Positions 11,213-20,586 are shown, counted from the first letter of the stretch. The stretch: 64,000 nucleotides of DNA from an uncultured Verrucomicrobiota bacterium (GCA_964475405.1 CAYYWX010000007.1:17280-81279); one strand, 5' to 3'. The notes: generated from the letters alone by a model not told the origin. Made by a program: numbers and translations.

Positions 11213-11509
11213 TTATTCTTCGAAAAATTTATGTTCAACCAGTTTTTGCAGCTCGTCAACCGCCTGGCCGGCGTCGGAGCCCTCGGCCGTGATCTTGATC
11301 TTTGTCCCGCAGCTTGCCTCCATGGTCATGAGCCCCATGATGCTCTTGCCGGAGACCCTTATCTTGTCCTTCTCAACCGTCACCTCGGCTTCATACTTGG
11401 AAGCGGTCTTGACGAACATGGCCGCCGGCCGGGCATGGATTCCGTACTGGTTGAGGATCGCCAATTCGCGTGAGACAACCGATGATTTTTTGGACGCGTT
11501 ATCGGACAT
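11213..11509 (-). CDS. ptsH: phosphocarrier protein HPr
   Basis: The His15 region (GIHARPAAMFV) and the Ser46 region (KSIMGLM) are present. It is 98 aa. Confidence 0.85.
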   Translation of the reverse strand: MSDNASKKSSVVSRELAILNQYGIHARPAAMFVKTASKYEAEVTVEKDKIRVSGKSIMGLMTMEASCGTKIKITAEGSDAGQAVDELQKLVEHKFFEE

Positions 11510-11531
11510 TTTTTTTTCTTCCTTTAGTGCT

Positions 11532-12461
11532 TTACGCTTTCCTGCTTAAAACCGCCTTGATTTTTTCATCGAGCTCCTTGGCGCTGTCGTGGCCAAGGCG
11601 TTTTAAAGTTTCATTCAGCGCGGCAACTTCAATGATCGTCGCCAGGTCGCGCCCGGGTGCCACCGGAATGACAAGGTTGGGGATCTGGACGCCGAGAACG
11701 TCGCGCTTCAAGACGGTGTTGCCGATCCCGTCGCCGGCAAACTGGTCGGCGTGTTTCAGGGTGACGATCAGGTCCAGGCTCTTGTCATTGCGCACGGCCG
11801 CCACGCCGAAGAGGCTGGGGATGTGAATGATGCCGAGCCCCCTGATCTCAAGGTGATAACGCGTGATCGGGGAGGAGGAGGCGATGATCGTGCGCTGGTC
11901 GAGCCGGCGCAGGATGGTCAGGTCATCCGCGACCAGGCTGTAACCCCTGATCACCAGCACGAGCGCGGCCTCGCTTTTGCCGATGCCCGGTTTGCCCTCA
12001 ATCATCACGCCGATGCCCTTGATATCCACGACCGTGCCCTGGATGGTCACGTTCGGCGCCATGAGGCTTTCCATGATCAGGGTGGCGGCATTGACGAACT
12101 TGCGGGTTATCATCGGGGTCCGCATGACGGGTATTTTGTACTTGCGGGCCAATTCCGGGATTTCGGGATGGATTTTCCGGTTGCGGCAGATGACCACGCA
12201 GGGAATATGCTGCTCAAAAAGACGGAGCAGGCTGGCCCGGCGGTTTTTGGCCGGCATCGAGGCCAGGAATTCCATTTCGGCCATGCCCAGGACCTGGATG
12301 CGCCGGAAGGCAAAATGCTCGAAAAATCCGGCCAGGGCCAGGCCGGGACGATGAATCGCCGACTCGTGAATGACCCGGTCCAGCCCGATGCCGCCGGTTA
12401 TCATCTCCAGCGACGTTTTTTCCTTCACCGCGTCAATGAAATCTTTTACGGTCACGGCCAT
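11532..12461 (-). CDS. hprK: HPr kinase/phosphorylase
   Basis: The Walker A motif GKPGIGKSE and the HprK C-terminal domain are present. It is 309 aa. Confidence 0.9.
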   Translation of the reverse strand: MAVTVKDFIDAVKEKTSLEMITGGIGLDRVIHESAIHRPGLALAGFFEHFAFRRIQVLGMAEMEFLASMPAKNRRASLLRLFEQHIPCVVICRNRKIHPEIPELARKYKIPVMRTPMITRKFVNAATLIMESLMAPNVTIQGTVVDIKGIGVMIEGKPGIGKSEAALVLVIRGYSLVADDLTILRRLDQRTIIASSSPITRYHLEIRGLGIIHIPSLFGVAAVRNDKSLDLIVTLKHADQFAGDGIGNTVLKRDVLGVQIPNLVIPVAPGRDLATIIEVAALNETLKRLGHDSAKELDEKIKAVLSRKA

Positions 12462-12485
12462 ATTGCGTTTCCTTTATTGCGTGTC

Positions 12486-12827
12486 TTATTTTTCTTCACG
12501 ATCCAGGTCGGCCAGCTTGACCCGGTGCTTGGCGGTTTTGTGGTCAATAATCTTTTCCCGCGCGCGCCGCAGCTGGCGGTCAATCTTGTCGGCCACCCGG
12601 TCAATGGATGCGTACATGTCGCTGGATTCATCCTTTGCTTCAAACTTTTGGTGCCGTTTTGCCTGAACGACGACCTCGATCATATGGCGGAACTTTTCGA
12701 TGTCAAGGATTACGTGGGCGTGTTCAACCTGCGGATAACTGTCCAAAACGGCGGATAATTTTGCATGGACGTGCGCCTTCATTGCGTCGGAAATGTCGGC
12801 ATGACGGGCGGTGACATTGATGATCAT
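12486..12827 (-). CDS. hpf: ribosome hibernation promoting factor (sigma-54 modulation protein family)
   Basis: The N-terminus MIINVTARHADISDAMKAHVHAKL is the YfiA/HPF family signature. Confidence 0.85.
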   Translation of the reverse strand: MIINVTARHADISDAMKAHVHAKLSAVLDSYPQVEHAHVILDIEKFRHMIEVVVQAKRHQKFEAKDESSDMYASIDRVADKIDRQLRRAREKIIDHKTAKHRVKLADLDREEK

Positions 12828-12852
12828 TTGATTTCCTTTCAGTGACTTTTGT

Positions 12853-13587
12853 TTACATGCAAAAACGCGGCCCGAGATAAAGTTCCCTGCTCAACGGATC
12901 GTCAATCAGGAAGGAACTGGTGCCTTCCCGCAGGACCTTGCCTTCGCATATCAGATAGGCCCGGTCCACGATGGTCAAAGTTTCCCGGACATTATGATCG
13001 GTGATCAATATGCCGAGTCCCTTTTTCTTCAACCCCCTGATTATTTCCTGCACGTCGTAAACGGCCAGCGGGTCAACGCCGCTGAAAGGCTCATCCAGGA
13101 GCAGGGCGCGCGGATTTGTCACCAGGGCGCGCGTGATCTCCACCCGGCGGCGTTCCCCGCCGCTGAGCGTGTAGGCCTTCTGGTCCGCGAGATGGCTGAT
13201 GCCCAGCTCGTTCAGCAGTTCCGCCAGCCTTTTGGCGCGCTGCTCGGCCGAAATGGGCAGGGTTTCCAGGATGGCCATGACGTTCTCGGCCACGGTCAGC
13301 TTGCGGAACACGGAAGGTTCCTGGGAAAGATACCCCAGCCCCTGGCGCGCCCTCAGATGCATCGGCATGCGGGTCACGTCGCGCCGGTTGAAAAGCACCC
13401 GGCCGCGGTTGGGACTGATCAGGCCGACAATCATGTAAAACGTGGTCGTCTTGCCCGCTCCGTTCGGGCCGAGCAGGCCGACCACTTCGCCGGGCCGGAC
13501 CACGATGCTGACGCCGTCAACCACCTTGCGCCGGTGATAGGTCTTGACCAGGCCATCCGTTAAAATTACAGGAACATCAACCGCCAT
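12853..13587 (-). CDS. lptB: LPS export ABC transporter ATP-binding protein
   Basis: The Walker A motif (GPNGAGKTT), the ABC signature (LSGGERRRVEI) and Walker B are present. It sits adjacent to lptA. Confidence 0.9.
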   Translation of the reverse strand: MAVDVPVILTDGLVKTYHRRKVVDGVSIVVRPGEVVGLLGPNGAGKTTTFYMIVGLISPNRGRVLFNRRDVTRMPMHLRARQGLGYLSQEPSVFRKLTVAENVMAILETLPISAEQRAKRLAELLNELGISHLADQKAYTLSGGERRRVEITRALVTNPRALLLDEPFSGVDPLAVYDVQEIIRGLKKKGLGILITDHNVRETLTIVDRAYLICEGKVLREGTSSFLIDDPLSRELYLGPRFCM

Positions 13588-13594
13588 GATTTTC

Positions 13595-14479
13595 TCAATT
13601 CTTTTTTAACCGGTTGTTTGCATTTTCAGAATAAATCGTCAAATGGGCGTCGGGCTCGCAGATGATCCTGTTCGAGTTTCGCCAGAGCACGATCGTTTCC
13701 GCGGTCAGATAATCTTTTTCCCTTTTCACGGAAGGTTTGCCCCATAATGTAATTTTCCCGTCCGCCAGGGCATAGGTCGCCATCTTGGCCGTGGCCTGGA
13801 TCAGGTCCCGCGTAATGACAACATTTCCCTCGGCATTAATCAATTCCACTTTTTTATCATTGGAGAAGGAAACAGTCAAACGATCAGATGCAATATTTAA
13901 GGTCGGGTCGGTCACCTCGACGCTGCCCTCGAAGACGGCCGTTGATTTTTTCTGGTCAAAAGCGAGCGTGGTCGAGGTTATGACGGTGTTGTTCGTGTCC
14001 GCTTCCGTGTCGGCGGAAAGGGGCGCGTTTGTGGCCGCGGAGTCCAAAAATGATTTCGGCTCGCTTTTTTGCAGGACGACCCGGGTGTCCTTGTTGATGC
14101 GGATGCGCCCGTCCTTTTCATTCAAGTCAAAGCCGCGCCCGGTGATTTTTATCTCCGCCCGCGTCACGCAGACCTGCGTCGTGGACGCGGCCGTTTGCCT
14201 TGCCCGGTCATAGAAACAAAGCGGCGTGGTAACCTGCATCACCATCTTGCCTTCCTCATAAAAAGTCATTTTCAAGCTGAAAATTTTAATCAGGTCCTTC
14301 GGCAAAACCTGCGCCTTGTCGCCGGCGATTTCCATTTTGAGCTGGCCCTTGTCGTCATAGACCGGGTAGCGGAATCCCTTGATGGCCTGGCCGAGCAGGT
14401 CGTCCGCGCCCGGGGCGCCGGAGCCCGCCAACAACAGGGCTGAAACAAATAAAATTCCGATTAGTGTGTTTCGCAACAT
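13595..14479 (-). CDS. LptA/OstA-like periplasmic LPS transport protein
   Basis: It has a signal peptide and predicted beta-rich OstA-like repeats. Its position between lptB and kdsA supports the call. Confidence 0.55.
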   Translation of the reverse strand: MLRNTLIGILFVSALLLAGSGAPGADDLLGQAIKGFRYPVYDDKGQLKMEIAGDKAQVLPKDLIKIFSLKMTFYEEGKMVMQVTTPLCFYDRARQTAASTTQVCVTRAEIKITGRGFDLNEKDGRIRINKDTRVVLQKSEPKSFLDSAATNAPLSADTEADTNNTVITSTTLAFDQKKSTAVFEGSVEVTDPTLNIASDRLTVSFSNDKKVELINAEGNVVITRDLIQATAKMATYALADGKITLWGKPSVKREKDYLTAETIVLWRNSNRIICEPDAHLTIYSENANNRLKKN

Positions 14480-14483
14480 GAAC

Positions 14484-15305
14484 TTAATGCCGGGTTGCTT
14501 CCGAAATTTTTTTGAGCGCGCGCCACAGCGTCCTCAATTGCGCGAACGGGATCATGGCCGCCTTGTCCGAAAGCGCTTTTTCAGGCTGCAGGTGCGTTTC
14601 CACGAATATGGCCTCGCAGCCCGTGGCAACCGCCGCGCGCGCCAGGCGCGCGGCCATCCGCCAGTCGCCCCCGCTTTCCCGTCCGGCTCCCCCGGGCAAT
14701 TGGGCGCTGTGGGTCGCGTCGAATATGAGAGGATAACCGAAGGCGCGCATGATTACCAGGCTGCGCATGTCCGCCACGAGGTTGTTATAGCCGAAGGTCG
14801 TTCCCCTTTCCGTGATGGAGATTTTTTTGTTCCCGGTGCTTTCGAGCTTGGCGATGATGTGCCGGACGTCCCCCGGCGCCAGGAATTGCCCTTTCTTGAT
14901 GTTGACCGGCTTGCCGCTGTTGCCCAGGGCGAGGATCAAGTCCGTCTGCCGGCATAGGAACGCGGGACATTGGAGGATGTCCGCGACTTTTGCCGCGAGC
15001 GGCACCTCGCTTTCGCTGTGGACGTCGGTTAAAACCGGCAGGCCGTATCGTTCCTTTACCTCAGCCAGGATCTCAAGGCCGCGCGTCAGGCCCGGGCCGC
15101 GGAATGATTCGTGCGAAGTCCGGTTCGCCTTGTCATAGGATGCCTTGAAAATCAGCGGTATTTTTTCCTCGTCGGCCAGGGCCTTCAGCCGGGCGGCCAT
15201 TTGCAGGCATTGCTTCCTGCCTTCAATCACGCATGGGCCCGCGATCAATGCCAGCGGACGCCCTTCCCCGATAACGACCTTGCCGATTTTTACCGAATGA
15301 TTCAT
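14484..15305 (-). CDS. kdsA: 2-dehydro-3-deoxyphosphooctonate aldolase (KDO-8-phosphate synthase)
   Basis: The gene starts at the internal Met (MNHSVKIGKVVIGEG...) behind a GGAGAAAAAAAATG RBS. The KdsA motifs FKASYDKANRTS and GLPVLTDVH are present. Confidence 0.9.
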   Translation of the reverse strand: MNHSVKIGKVVIGEGRPLALIAGPCVIEGRKQCLQMAARLKALADEEKIPLIFKASYDKANRTSHESFRGPGLTRGLEILAEVKERYGLPVLTDVHSESEVPLAAKVADILQCPAFLCRQTDLILALGNSGKPVNIKKGQFLAPGDVRHIIAKLESTGNKKISITERGTTFGYNNLVADMRSLVIMRAFGYPLIFDATHSAQLPGGAGRESGGDWRMAARLARAAVATGCEAIFVETHLQPEKALSDKAAMIPFAQLRTLWRALKKISEATRH

Positions 15306-15387
15306 TTTTTTTCTCCGATCTTTAGAAATACAGGGATCAATGCAATATGTCATGTTTTTGGCGGGAATGACACTCTTTTCCCCTGAT

Positions 15388-16182
15388 TCATTCTGACCAC
15401 TGGCCGCTGACTTCCGGCTGCTTCTTTCGCAACGCCGCCTCCGCCGCGGCGATGTCTCCCGGCAGATCAACCCCGATGCCGCATTCGCCCGTTTCAACGA
15501 TCTTGATGCGCGCGCCGATATGCAGCGCCCGCAACTGTTCCAGGCACTCGGCCCGTTCCAGCAGGCAGGGCGGCTCGGCGACAAATCTTGCCAGGAATTC
15601 GCTCCGGTACAGGTACAGGCCGATATGGCGCCAAAACACGGTTTTTTTTGTGGAAAAAGTGCTGTCGCGGATGAATGGGATTGGACTGCGCGAAAAATAC
15701 AGCGCCTGTCCGTCGGCGCCGAAAACCACCTTGCAGATGGAAGGTTTCCCGGCTTCCTGGATTGAGCCCAGCGGGGCGGCGGCCGTGGCCATGTCCCATT
15801 TTTTTTCGGCGAGCATGACCTTGACAAGCCTATTGATCAATTTCGGGTCAATGGTCGGCTCGTCGCCCTGGATGTTGACGATTATCTTCGCGGAAAAATT
15901 CCGGGCGGCCTCGGCGATGCGGTCCGTTCCCGAGGGATGATCGGCCCGGGTCATGACCGCTTCCACGCCGCACTTTTCCGCCGCGGATGCAATCCGGGCG
16001 TCATCGGTGGCGACCACCAGCTTGTCAAGCGTCTTTGCCTGGAGCGCCCTTTCAATGACCCATTGAATCAGCGGGCGGCCGCATAGCGGCGCGAGGCTTT
16101 TGCCCGGGAAACGGGTTGACGCCCAGCGGGCGGGAATGACGCCCAGAACATTGATGATTTTTTTAATTATCATTCGCGCCAT
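15388..16182 (-). CDS. kdsB: 3-deoxy-manno-octulosonate cytidylyltransferase (CMP-KDO synthetase)
   Basis: The N-terminus IIKKIINVLGVIPARWASTRFPGK is the KdsB signature. The start is chosen at the Met preceded by an AGGAAA RBS. Confidence 0.9.
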   Translation of the reverse strand: MARMIIKKIINVLGVIPARWASTRFPGKSLAPLCGRPLIQWVIERALQAKTLDKLVVATDDARIASAAEKCGVEAVMTRADHPSGTDRIAEAARNFSAKIIVNIQGDEPTIDPKLINRLVKVMLAEKKWDMATAAAPLGSIQEAGKPSICKVVFGADGQALYFSRSPIPFIRDSTFSTKKTVFWRHIGLYLYRSEFLARFVAEPPCLLERAECLEQLRALHIGARIKIVETGECGIGVDLPGDIAAAEAALRKKQPEVSGQWSE

Positions 16183-16204
16183 TGAACGTTTCCTGCTTCC
16201 TAAT

Positions 16205-16315
16205 GCGGGCCATGCCCGCAACCCAAGTTCGCCGCACACCGTGCGGCGCTACAGTTGTAGTGCGTCACCAGGCTCCGCCGGAGCGCTTCGCCCAGGCGAG
16301 CGGTGTGACGCATTG
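16205..16315. repeat. REP-like three-hairpin intergenic element, copy 1 (with a 34-nt insertion in hairpin 3)
   Basis: CGCCGCACACCGTGCGGCG, CTACAGTTGTAG and TGCGTCAC[ins]GTGTGACGCATTGTTTTCT are present. The core matches the copies at 62.4 kb and 62.6 kb. Confidence 0.7.
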
Positions 16316-16323
16316 TTTTCTTG

Positions 16324-17331
16324 TTACAAATTGTTAATAAAATTTAGCAGTTCCCCGCCCGAGCAGGTGGCCGTCCCGATTTTTCCGACCACCACGCCTG
16401 CCGCGCAGTTTGCCAGTTCGGCCGCTTCAAAATGGCTGGCCCCGGCCGTCAGCGCCAGGAGCATCGTGCCGACCACCGTGTCGCCTGCGCCGCTGACGTC
16501 AAAAACCTCGCGGGCGACGGTTGCCACATGGAAGGCGGGACGCCCGCGCGGCATTGCCAGCATGCCCTGTGCGCCGAGCGTTATCACCAGCATCTCCGGT
16601 TTCCATTTCTCCATTAAAATATTGCCGACCCGCAGCAAGGCGCGGTCGCCGAGGGGGTTTTTAGACGGTTCCGCTTCCGGCATGCCGGCCAGCGCAAATG
16701 CTTCTTTCCGGTTCGGGGTCGCGATGGTGATCCCCTCCAGGGGAAGGTCCATGTTTTCCTTCGGATCCATCGCGACCGGCACTTTATGGCGCCTGGCCGT
16801 GTCGAGGATGGCGGTGACAATTTCCGGGCAGATGAGTCCCTTGGCGTAATCGGTCATGATGACCCCGGAAGAGCGCGTGGCGGCTTCCGCCGCCTTGCGG
16901 CACAATTTTTCAAGCAAGGCCCCGCCCGGCTTTAATTTATTGTCCCAATCAACCCGCGCAACCTGCTGGCGCTCGCCGATAATGCGCATCTTGACCGTGG
17001 TTTTAATTTTGTTCAGGCGAATGACCTGGCCGGTTTCAATCCCGTCCTGGCGCATGACCCGCGCCAGCTCGCGGCCGGGCTGGTCGGATCCGATCGTGCC
17101 GAAAATGACCGTCCGGCCGCCGAGCGCCTGCACGTTGCGCGCCACGTTGGCCGCCCCGCCGGGCATGTTTTTTTCATCGCGCACCACGATAACCGGAACG
17201 GGCGCTTCGGGGGAAAGACGGTTAACCGTCCCGTAGATATAACGGTCCAGCATCAAATCGCCGGCCACGAGGATCTTCTGGCGGCGGAACCTGGCGATCA
17301 GCGCCCTTGCTCTTTGGATGCTAATGTGCAT
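16324..17331 (-). CDS. D-glycero-beta-D-manno-heptose-7-phosphate kinase (RfaE domain I, PfkB family)
   Basis: KILVAGDLMLDRYIYGTVNRLSPEAPVPVI is typical of the HldE/RfaE kinase domain. The C-terminal PfkB motif GAGDTVVG is present. Confidence 0.75.
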   Translation of the reverse strand: MHISIQRARALIARFRRQKILVAGDLMLDRYIYGTVNRLSPEAPVPVIVVRDEKNMPGGAANVARNVQALGGRTVIFGTIGSDQPGRELARVMRQDGIETGQVIRLNKIKTTVKMRIIGERQQVARVDWDNKLKPGGALLEKLCRKAAEAATRSSGVIMTDYAKGLICPEIVTAILDTARRHKVPVAMDPKENMDLPLEGITIATPNRKEAFALAGMPEAEPSKNPLGDRALLRVGNILMEKWKPEMLVITLGAQGMLAMPRGRPAFHVATVAREVFDVSGAGDTVVGTMLLALTAGASHFEAAELANCAAGVVVGKIGTATCSGGELLNFINNL

Positions 17332-17399
17332 TTTTTCCTCCGTTTTTAAATTAGGCGTCGAATGACGGGCGACTGTTTCAGACGCCTCAACGGAGTGAG

Positions 17400-17451
17400 G
17401 CGGCTACATTATTTGTTGTAGCCGCGGCACTCTGCTGCCGCGTCTTTTTTT
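17400..17451 (+). terminator. tandem-hairpin Rho-independent terminator-like structure on the plus strand, with no upstream plus-strand gene
   Basis: GCGGCTACA-ttatttgt-TGTAGCCGC (9-bp stem), then GCGGCA-ctctgc-TGCCGC, then TCTTTTTTT. Confidence 0.4.
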
Positions 17452-17503
17452 AGTTATTAAACATTTACTTAGGCGCCATGCTTTTTGTCGTTCGCAAACA
17501 TAT

Positions 17504-18337
17504 CTATTTCTTGTCCGCCGGCCGGCTTGCTTTCAGCCAGGAATCGTTCCCCGGGCCTTCAACATTGTTAAGCAGCAGTTTGAACGAGCCGATCACCGGC
17601 GCCCTGGCGACGGCTTTCACGCACAGACAGCGCTTGTCGTCCGAAATCCAGACCTGCAGTTTGCCGACCCGCACGAAAAAACCTTGGAACTTGGCTTCCG
17701 GCTGGATGTAAAGGCAGCGCACAAGCCCGAACTTGGAAATATCCAGCTGGACATAATCCCCGGTATTGACATAAAGATCATAAAGCTTTTCATCCGCCAT
17801 GAGCCGGTGCTGATAGGTCCGGTTCGGCTCCAGTTTCTGAGAGCGCATGAAGAACATATAACTTAGCAGATCGCGCGTGTCGTCTTCAATGGCAAAATCC
17901 CGGGTGTCGTTCTTGATCAGGTGCTTCCAGTGGGCGGTGCGCGCCTTGTGGTTGAAGGTCGTGATTTCATATAAATGGTAATTGCACTCGTTCAGCCGCT
18001 TGACAAAGCGCAATGGCTTGAAAGTTGCCGGGTCAACCACGCTTTCGATGTAGTCGTCCACCGGATAAAGCGCGGCCAGCAGCCCGAAGCTCTTGGTCGT
18101 CACCTTGATCGCCAGCAGGATCCGGGTTTCTTCCTCGTTTTCCTCCTCGATCCATTCCGAGGTCACCTTCGTTTCCGCCACGGGGAAAATGCCCCAGTAA
18201 ACCAGGTAGGTCAGCTTTTCGCCGACCGGGAACCAGAGTTCCGGCCGCTTTGCGTTTTCCGCCTTGGCGCCGCCGGCCGCCAGCAACGCCGGCATCATGA
18301 ATATAAAAAGGAATATTTTGGAAAGAATCGTTTTCAA
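17504..18337 (-). CDS. hypothetical secreted protein (possibly DUF3108-like)
   Basis: It has an N-terminal signal peptide. It overlaps proC by 4 nt (ATGA), which suggests an operon. Confidence 0.4.
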   Translation of the reverse strand: MKTILSKIFLFIFMMPALLAAGGAKAENAKRPELWFPVGEKLTYLVYWGIFPVAETKVTSEWIEEENEEETRILLAIKVTTKSFGLLAALYPVDDYIESVVDPATFKPLRFVKRLNECNYHLYEITTFNHKARTAHWKHLIKNDTRDFAIEDDTRDLLSYMFFMRSQKLEPNRTYQHRLMADEKLYDLYVNTGDYVQLDISKFGLVRCLYIQPEAKFQGFFVRVGKLQVWISDDKRCLCVKAVARAPVIGSFKLLLNNVEGPGNDSWLKASRPADKK

Positions 18338-19161
18338 GCCGATAATTCTCTCGCGCGTTTGTGCGCCGCCTTGACCGCGGCGATTATCGTCTGCTGGGTT
18401 CTTTTCTTGTTCAGGACTTCCATGGCCGCCTCGGTTGTCCCCCCGCGGGAGGTGACCCGCCGGCGCAGTTCATCCGGCTGCAGGCCGGTTTCCTGGAGCA
18501 TGTGCGCCGAGCCGGTCACGGTCGCAAAAACCAGCTTGCGCGCGTCTTCCCTGGCCAGGCCGATCTCATCCCCGGCCTTCAAGAGCGCCTCGACAAGGTA
18601 AAACATGTAGGCCGGTCCCGATCCGCTCAGGGCCGTGACGGCATTCATCAGCGGTTCTTCAAGGCGCAGCGCGATCCCCATGGATTTCAGGATGCTTTCC
18701 GCCAGGTGCGCGTCCTCGTCCGTCGTGCCATGGGCGCAACAGTAGGCGCTGGCGCCGAAGCCGACCAGGGCGGGGGTGTTGGGCACAACCCGGATAATCC
18801 GCGCCGGTCGGCGGAGCGCGGCCGCGATTTTTTTCGTGGTAAAGCCGGTCACAATGCTGATCAGGAGAATGTCGGCGGGCAGATGGCCGCTCAATTCATG
18901 GAGGACCGCGTTTGCCTGCTGGGGCTTGACCGCCAGCACGATGACCTTGGCGTTTGCCGCGGCCTGCCGGTTGTCGTTCGCGCCGGAGATGCCCAGTTCG
19001 CGCCGGAAATATTCCAGCCGGCCGGAATCAATGTCCGCGATGACGATGCCGTCGTTGCGGTAAATGCCGGTCTTGAGGATGCCGCGAATCATCGCCTCGG
19101 CCATGTTGCCGGCGCCGATAAAGACCAGCTTGTCAGGATTTTTTTCTTTTTCTTCGTTCAT
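18334..19161 (-). CDS. proC: pyrroline-5-carboxylate reductase
   Basis: The Rossmann N-terminus (LVFIGAGNMAEAMIRGIL) and the P5CR C-terminal dimerisation domain are present. Confidence 0.9.
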   Translation of the reverse strand: MNEEKEKNPDKLVFIGAGNMAEAMIRGILKTGIYRNDGIVIADIDSGRLEYFRRELGISGANDNRQAAANAKVIVLAVKPQQANAVLHELSGHLPADILLISIVTGFTTKKIAAALRRPARIIRVVPNTPALVGFGASAYCCAHGTTDEDAHLAESILKSMGIALRLEEPLMNAVTALSGSGPAYMFYLVEALLKAGDEIGLAREDARKLVFATVTGSAHMLQETGLQPDELRRRVTSRGGTTEAAMEVLNKKRTQQTIIAAVKAAHKRARELSA

Positions 19162-19865
19162 TGAATTTTAGCCTCCCTCTTTCCGAATAGTATTGTTCCC
19201 AGACGGACCCAGGTCGCGCCCTCTTCAACGGCGACTTCAAAGTCGTGCGACATGCCCATGGATAATTCATCCAGGGCGTATCCGGACTGCGCGCGCCATT
19301 GGTCGCGGCACAGGCGCAACTTCCGGAAGAAAGGCCGGGCGTCTTCCGGGTCTTTCGCCGCCGGCGGAATGGTCATCAGGCCCGTGACTTCCACGCGCGC
19401 GAGGCTGTTCGCGTATTCCAGCATTGCCGGGACGGATTCGGGGGCAAGCCCGAACTTGCTGCCCTCGCCGGAAACATTGACCTCCAGCAGGACCGGCATG
19501 ACCCGGCCGGTCAATTCACCGGCGGCGTCAATCGCCGCGAGGAGTTTTTGCGAATCAACCGAATGGATCATTTGAAACAGGCGGACCGCGTCGCGGACCT
19601 TGTTGGTCTGCAGGTGGCCGATCAGGTGCCATTCGATCTTGGACGGGCACAGCGGAATTTTCAGGCGCGCTTCCTGGATCCTGTTTTCGCCGAACACGGT
19701 CAGCCCGCAATTCGCGGCCGCGGTGATGATTTCCGGGGACTGCGCCTTTGACGCGGCCATAATCCGCACGCCGCCGGCCGGGCGCCCCGCCCGCGCGCAG
19801 GCCTTTTCTATCCTTTCCCTGATTTGAACCAGGCGTTCCGCGATTGAATTGTCAATTTCCATCAT
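19158..19865 (-). CDS. yggS: YggS family pyridoxal-phosphate homeostasis protein
   Basis: ERLVQIRERIEKA...IMAASKAQSPE...FGENRIQEA is the PLP-binding TIM-barrel family signature. The start is chosen at the internal MMEIDN. Confidence 0.8.
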   Translation of the reverse strand: MMEIDNSIAERLVQIRERIEKACARAGRPAGGVRIMAASKAQSPEIITAAANCGLTVFGENRIQEARLKIPLCPSKIEWHLIGHLQTNKVRDAVRLFQMIHSVDSQKLLAAIDAAGELTGRVMPVLLEVNVSGEGSKFGLAPESVPAMLEYANSLARVEVTGLMTIPPAAKDPEDARPFFRKLRLCRDQWRAQSGYALDELSMGMSHDFEVAVEEGATWVRLGTILFGKREAKIQ

Positions 19866-19884
19866 GATTGCTTGTTTTGTTATG

Positions 19885-20586
19885 TCATTCTGGCTTCCCC
19901 GGCCGTACCGGGACGCGGTTCGGGCCGGGCTGGCTGCTGACTTCCGTCTTCTTCTTCCGGAGCTCATCTTTCTTCCCTCCGGCCTGGAAAGCCTGGCGGT
20001 TCTGGAGGGCGTTGTTCAATGTAATCCGGTCGATAAATGCGATCCCGCTCCCGGCCGGCACGCCCATCGCGGGGCGGGAGACGGCTATTTCCAAGTCGTT
20101 CAGCAAATCCTTCAGCATGCTGGCGGTGGCGTCGCTTTCCACGTCGGAATTGAGCGCCAGGATGACTTCCTTGATTTTTTCGGTCTGAATGCGCCGGCGC
20201 AAGGCGTCAATTTTCAGCTGGTCCACTCCCGCGCCGCGCATCGGCGAAATCTTGCCGCCGAGCACGTGGTACCGGCCGGAGTAGGAGCCCGTGATTTCAA
20301 TGAGCAGGATATCCATCGGCGTCTCGACCACGCACAGGATGGACGGGTCCCTGGAAGAGTCGGCGCAATAAAGGCACGGATTTTCACCGGCGCGGGTTAT
20401 CCCCCCGCAGCGCGAACAAACCGCGGTGTTCTGCGCCACGTCCTGCAGGGCGGCGGCCAGGTCCTGGAGCAGGTTGTCGTGGCGGGAGGCCAGCTCAAAG
20501 GCGATGCGCTGGGCCGAGCGGCGCCCGATCCCCGGCAGTTTGTTTAAATATGAGATCAAACGGTCAATGGGAGGAATATTTTTCAT
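19885..20586 (-). CDS. recR: recombination protein RecR, with a ~30-aa C-terminal extension
   Basis: The HhH N-terminus (LISYLNKLPGIGRRSAQRIAFEL), a C4 zinc finger and a Toprim domain are present. Confidence 0.9.
   Translation of the reverse strand: MKNIPPIDRLISYLNKLPGIGRRSAQRIAFELASRHDNLLQDLAAALQDVAQNTAVCSRCGGITRAGENPCLYCADSSRDPSILCVVETPMDILLIEITGSYSGRYHVLGGKISPMRGAGVDQLKIDALRRRIQTEKIKEVILALNSDVESDATASMLKDLLNDLEIAVSRPAMGVPAGSGIAFIDRITLNNALQNRQAFQAGGKKDELRKKKTEVSSQPGPNRVPVRPGKPE

Noticed and set aside
11751-12758. 335-aa plus-strand ORF antisense to hprK and hpf
   Set aside because: It is a high-GC antisense shadow ORF with no recognisable domains.
14484-15827. 447-aa ORF on the minus strand, suggesting a long KdsA fusion protein
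   Set aside because: Only the C-terminal 273 aa (from MNHSVKIGK, codon 175) are KdsA. The upstream 174 codons are Arg/Ser/Pro-rich, low-complexity high-GC read-through that overlaps the kdsB 3' end. The real start has an RBS at 15305.
19849-20547. 232-aa plus-strand ORF antisense to recR
   Set aside because: It is a shadow ORF inside a strongly supported recR.
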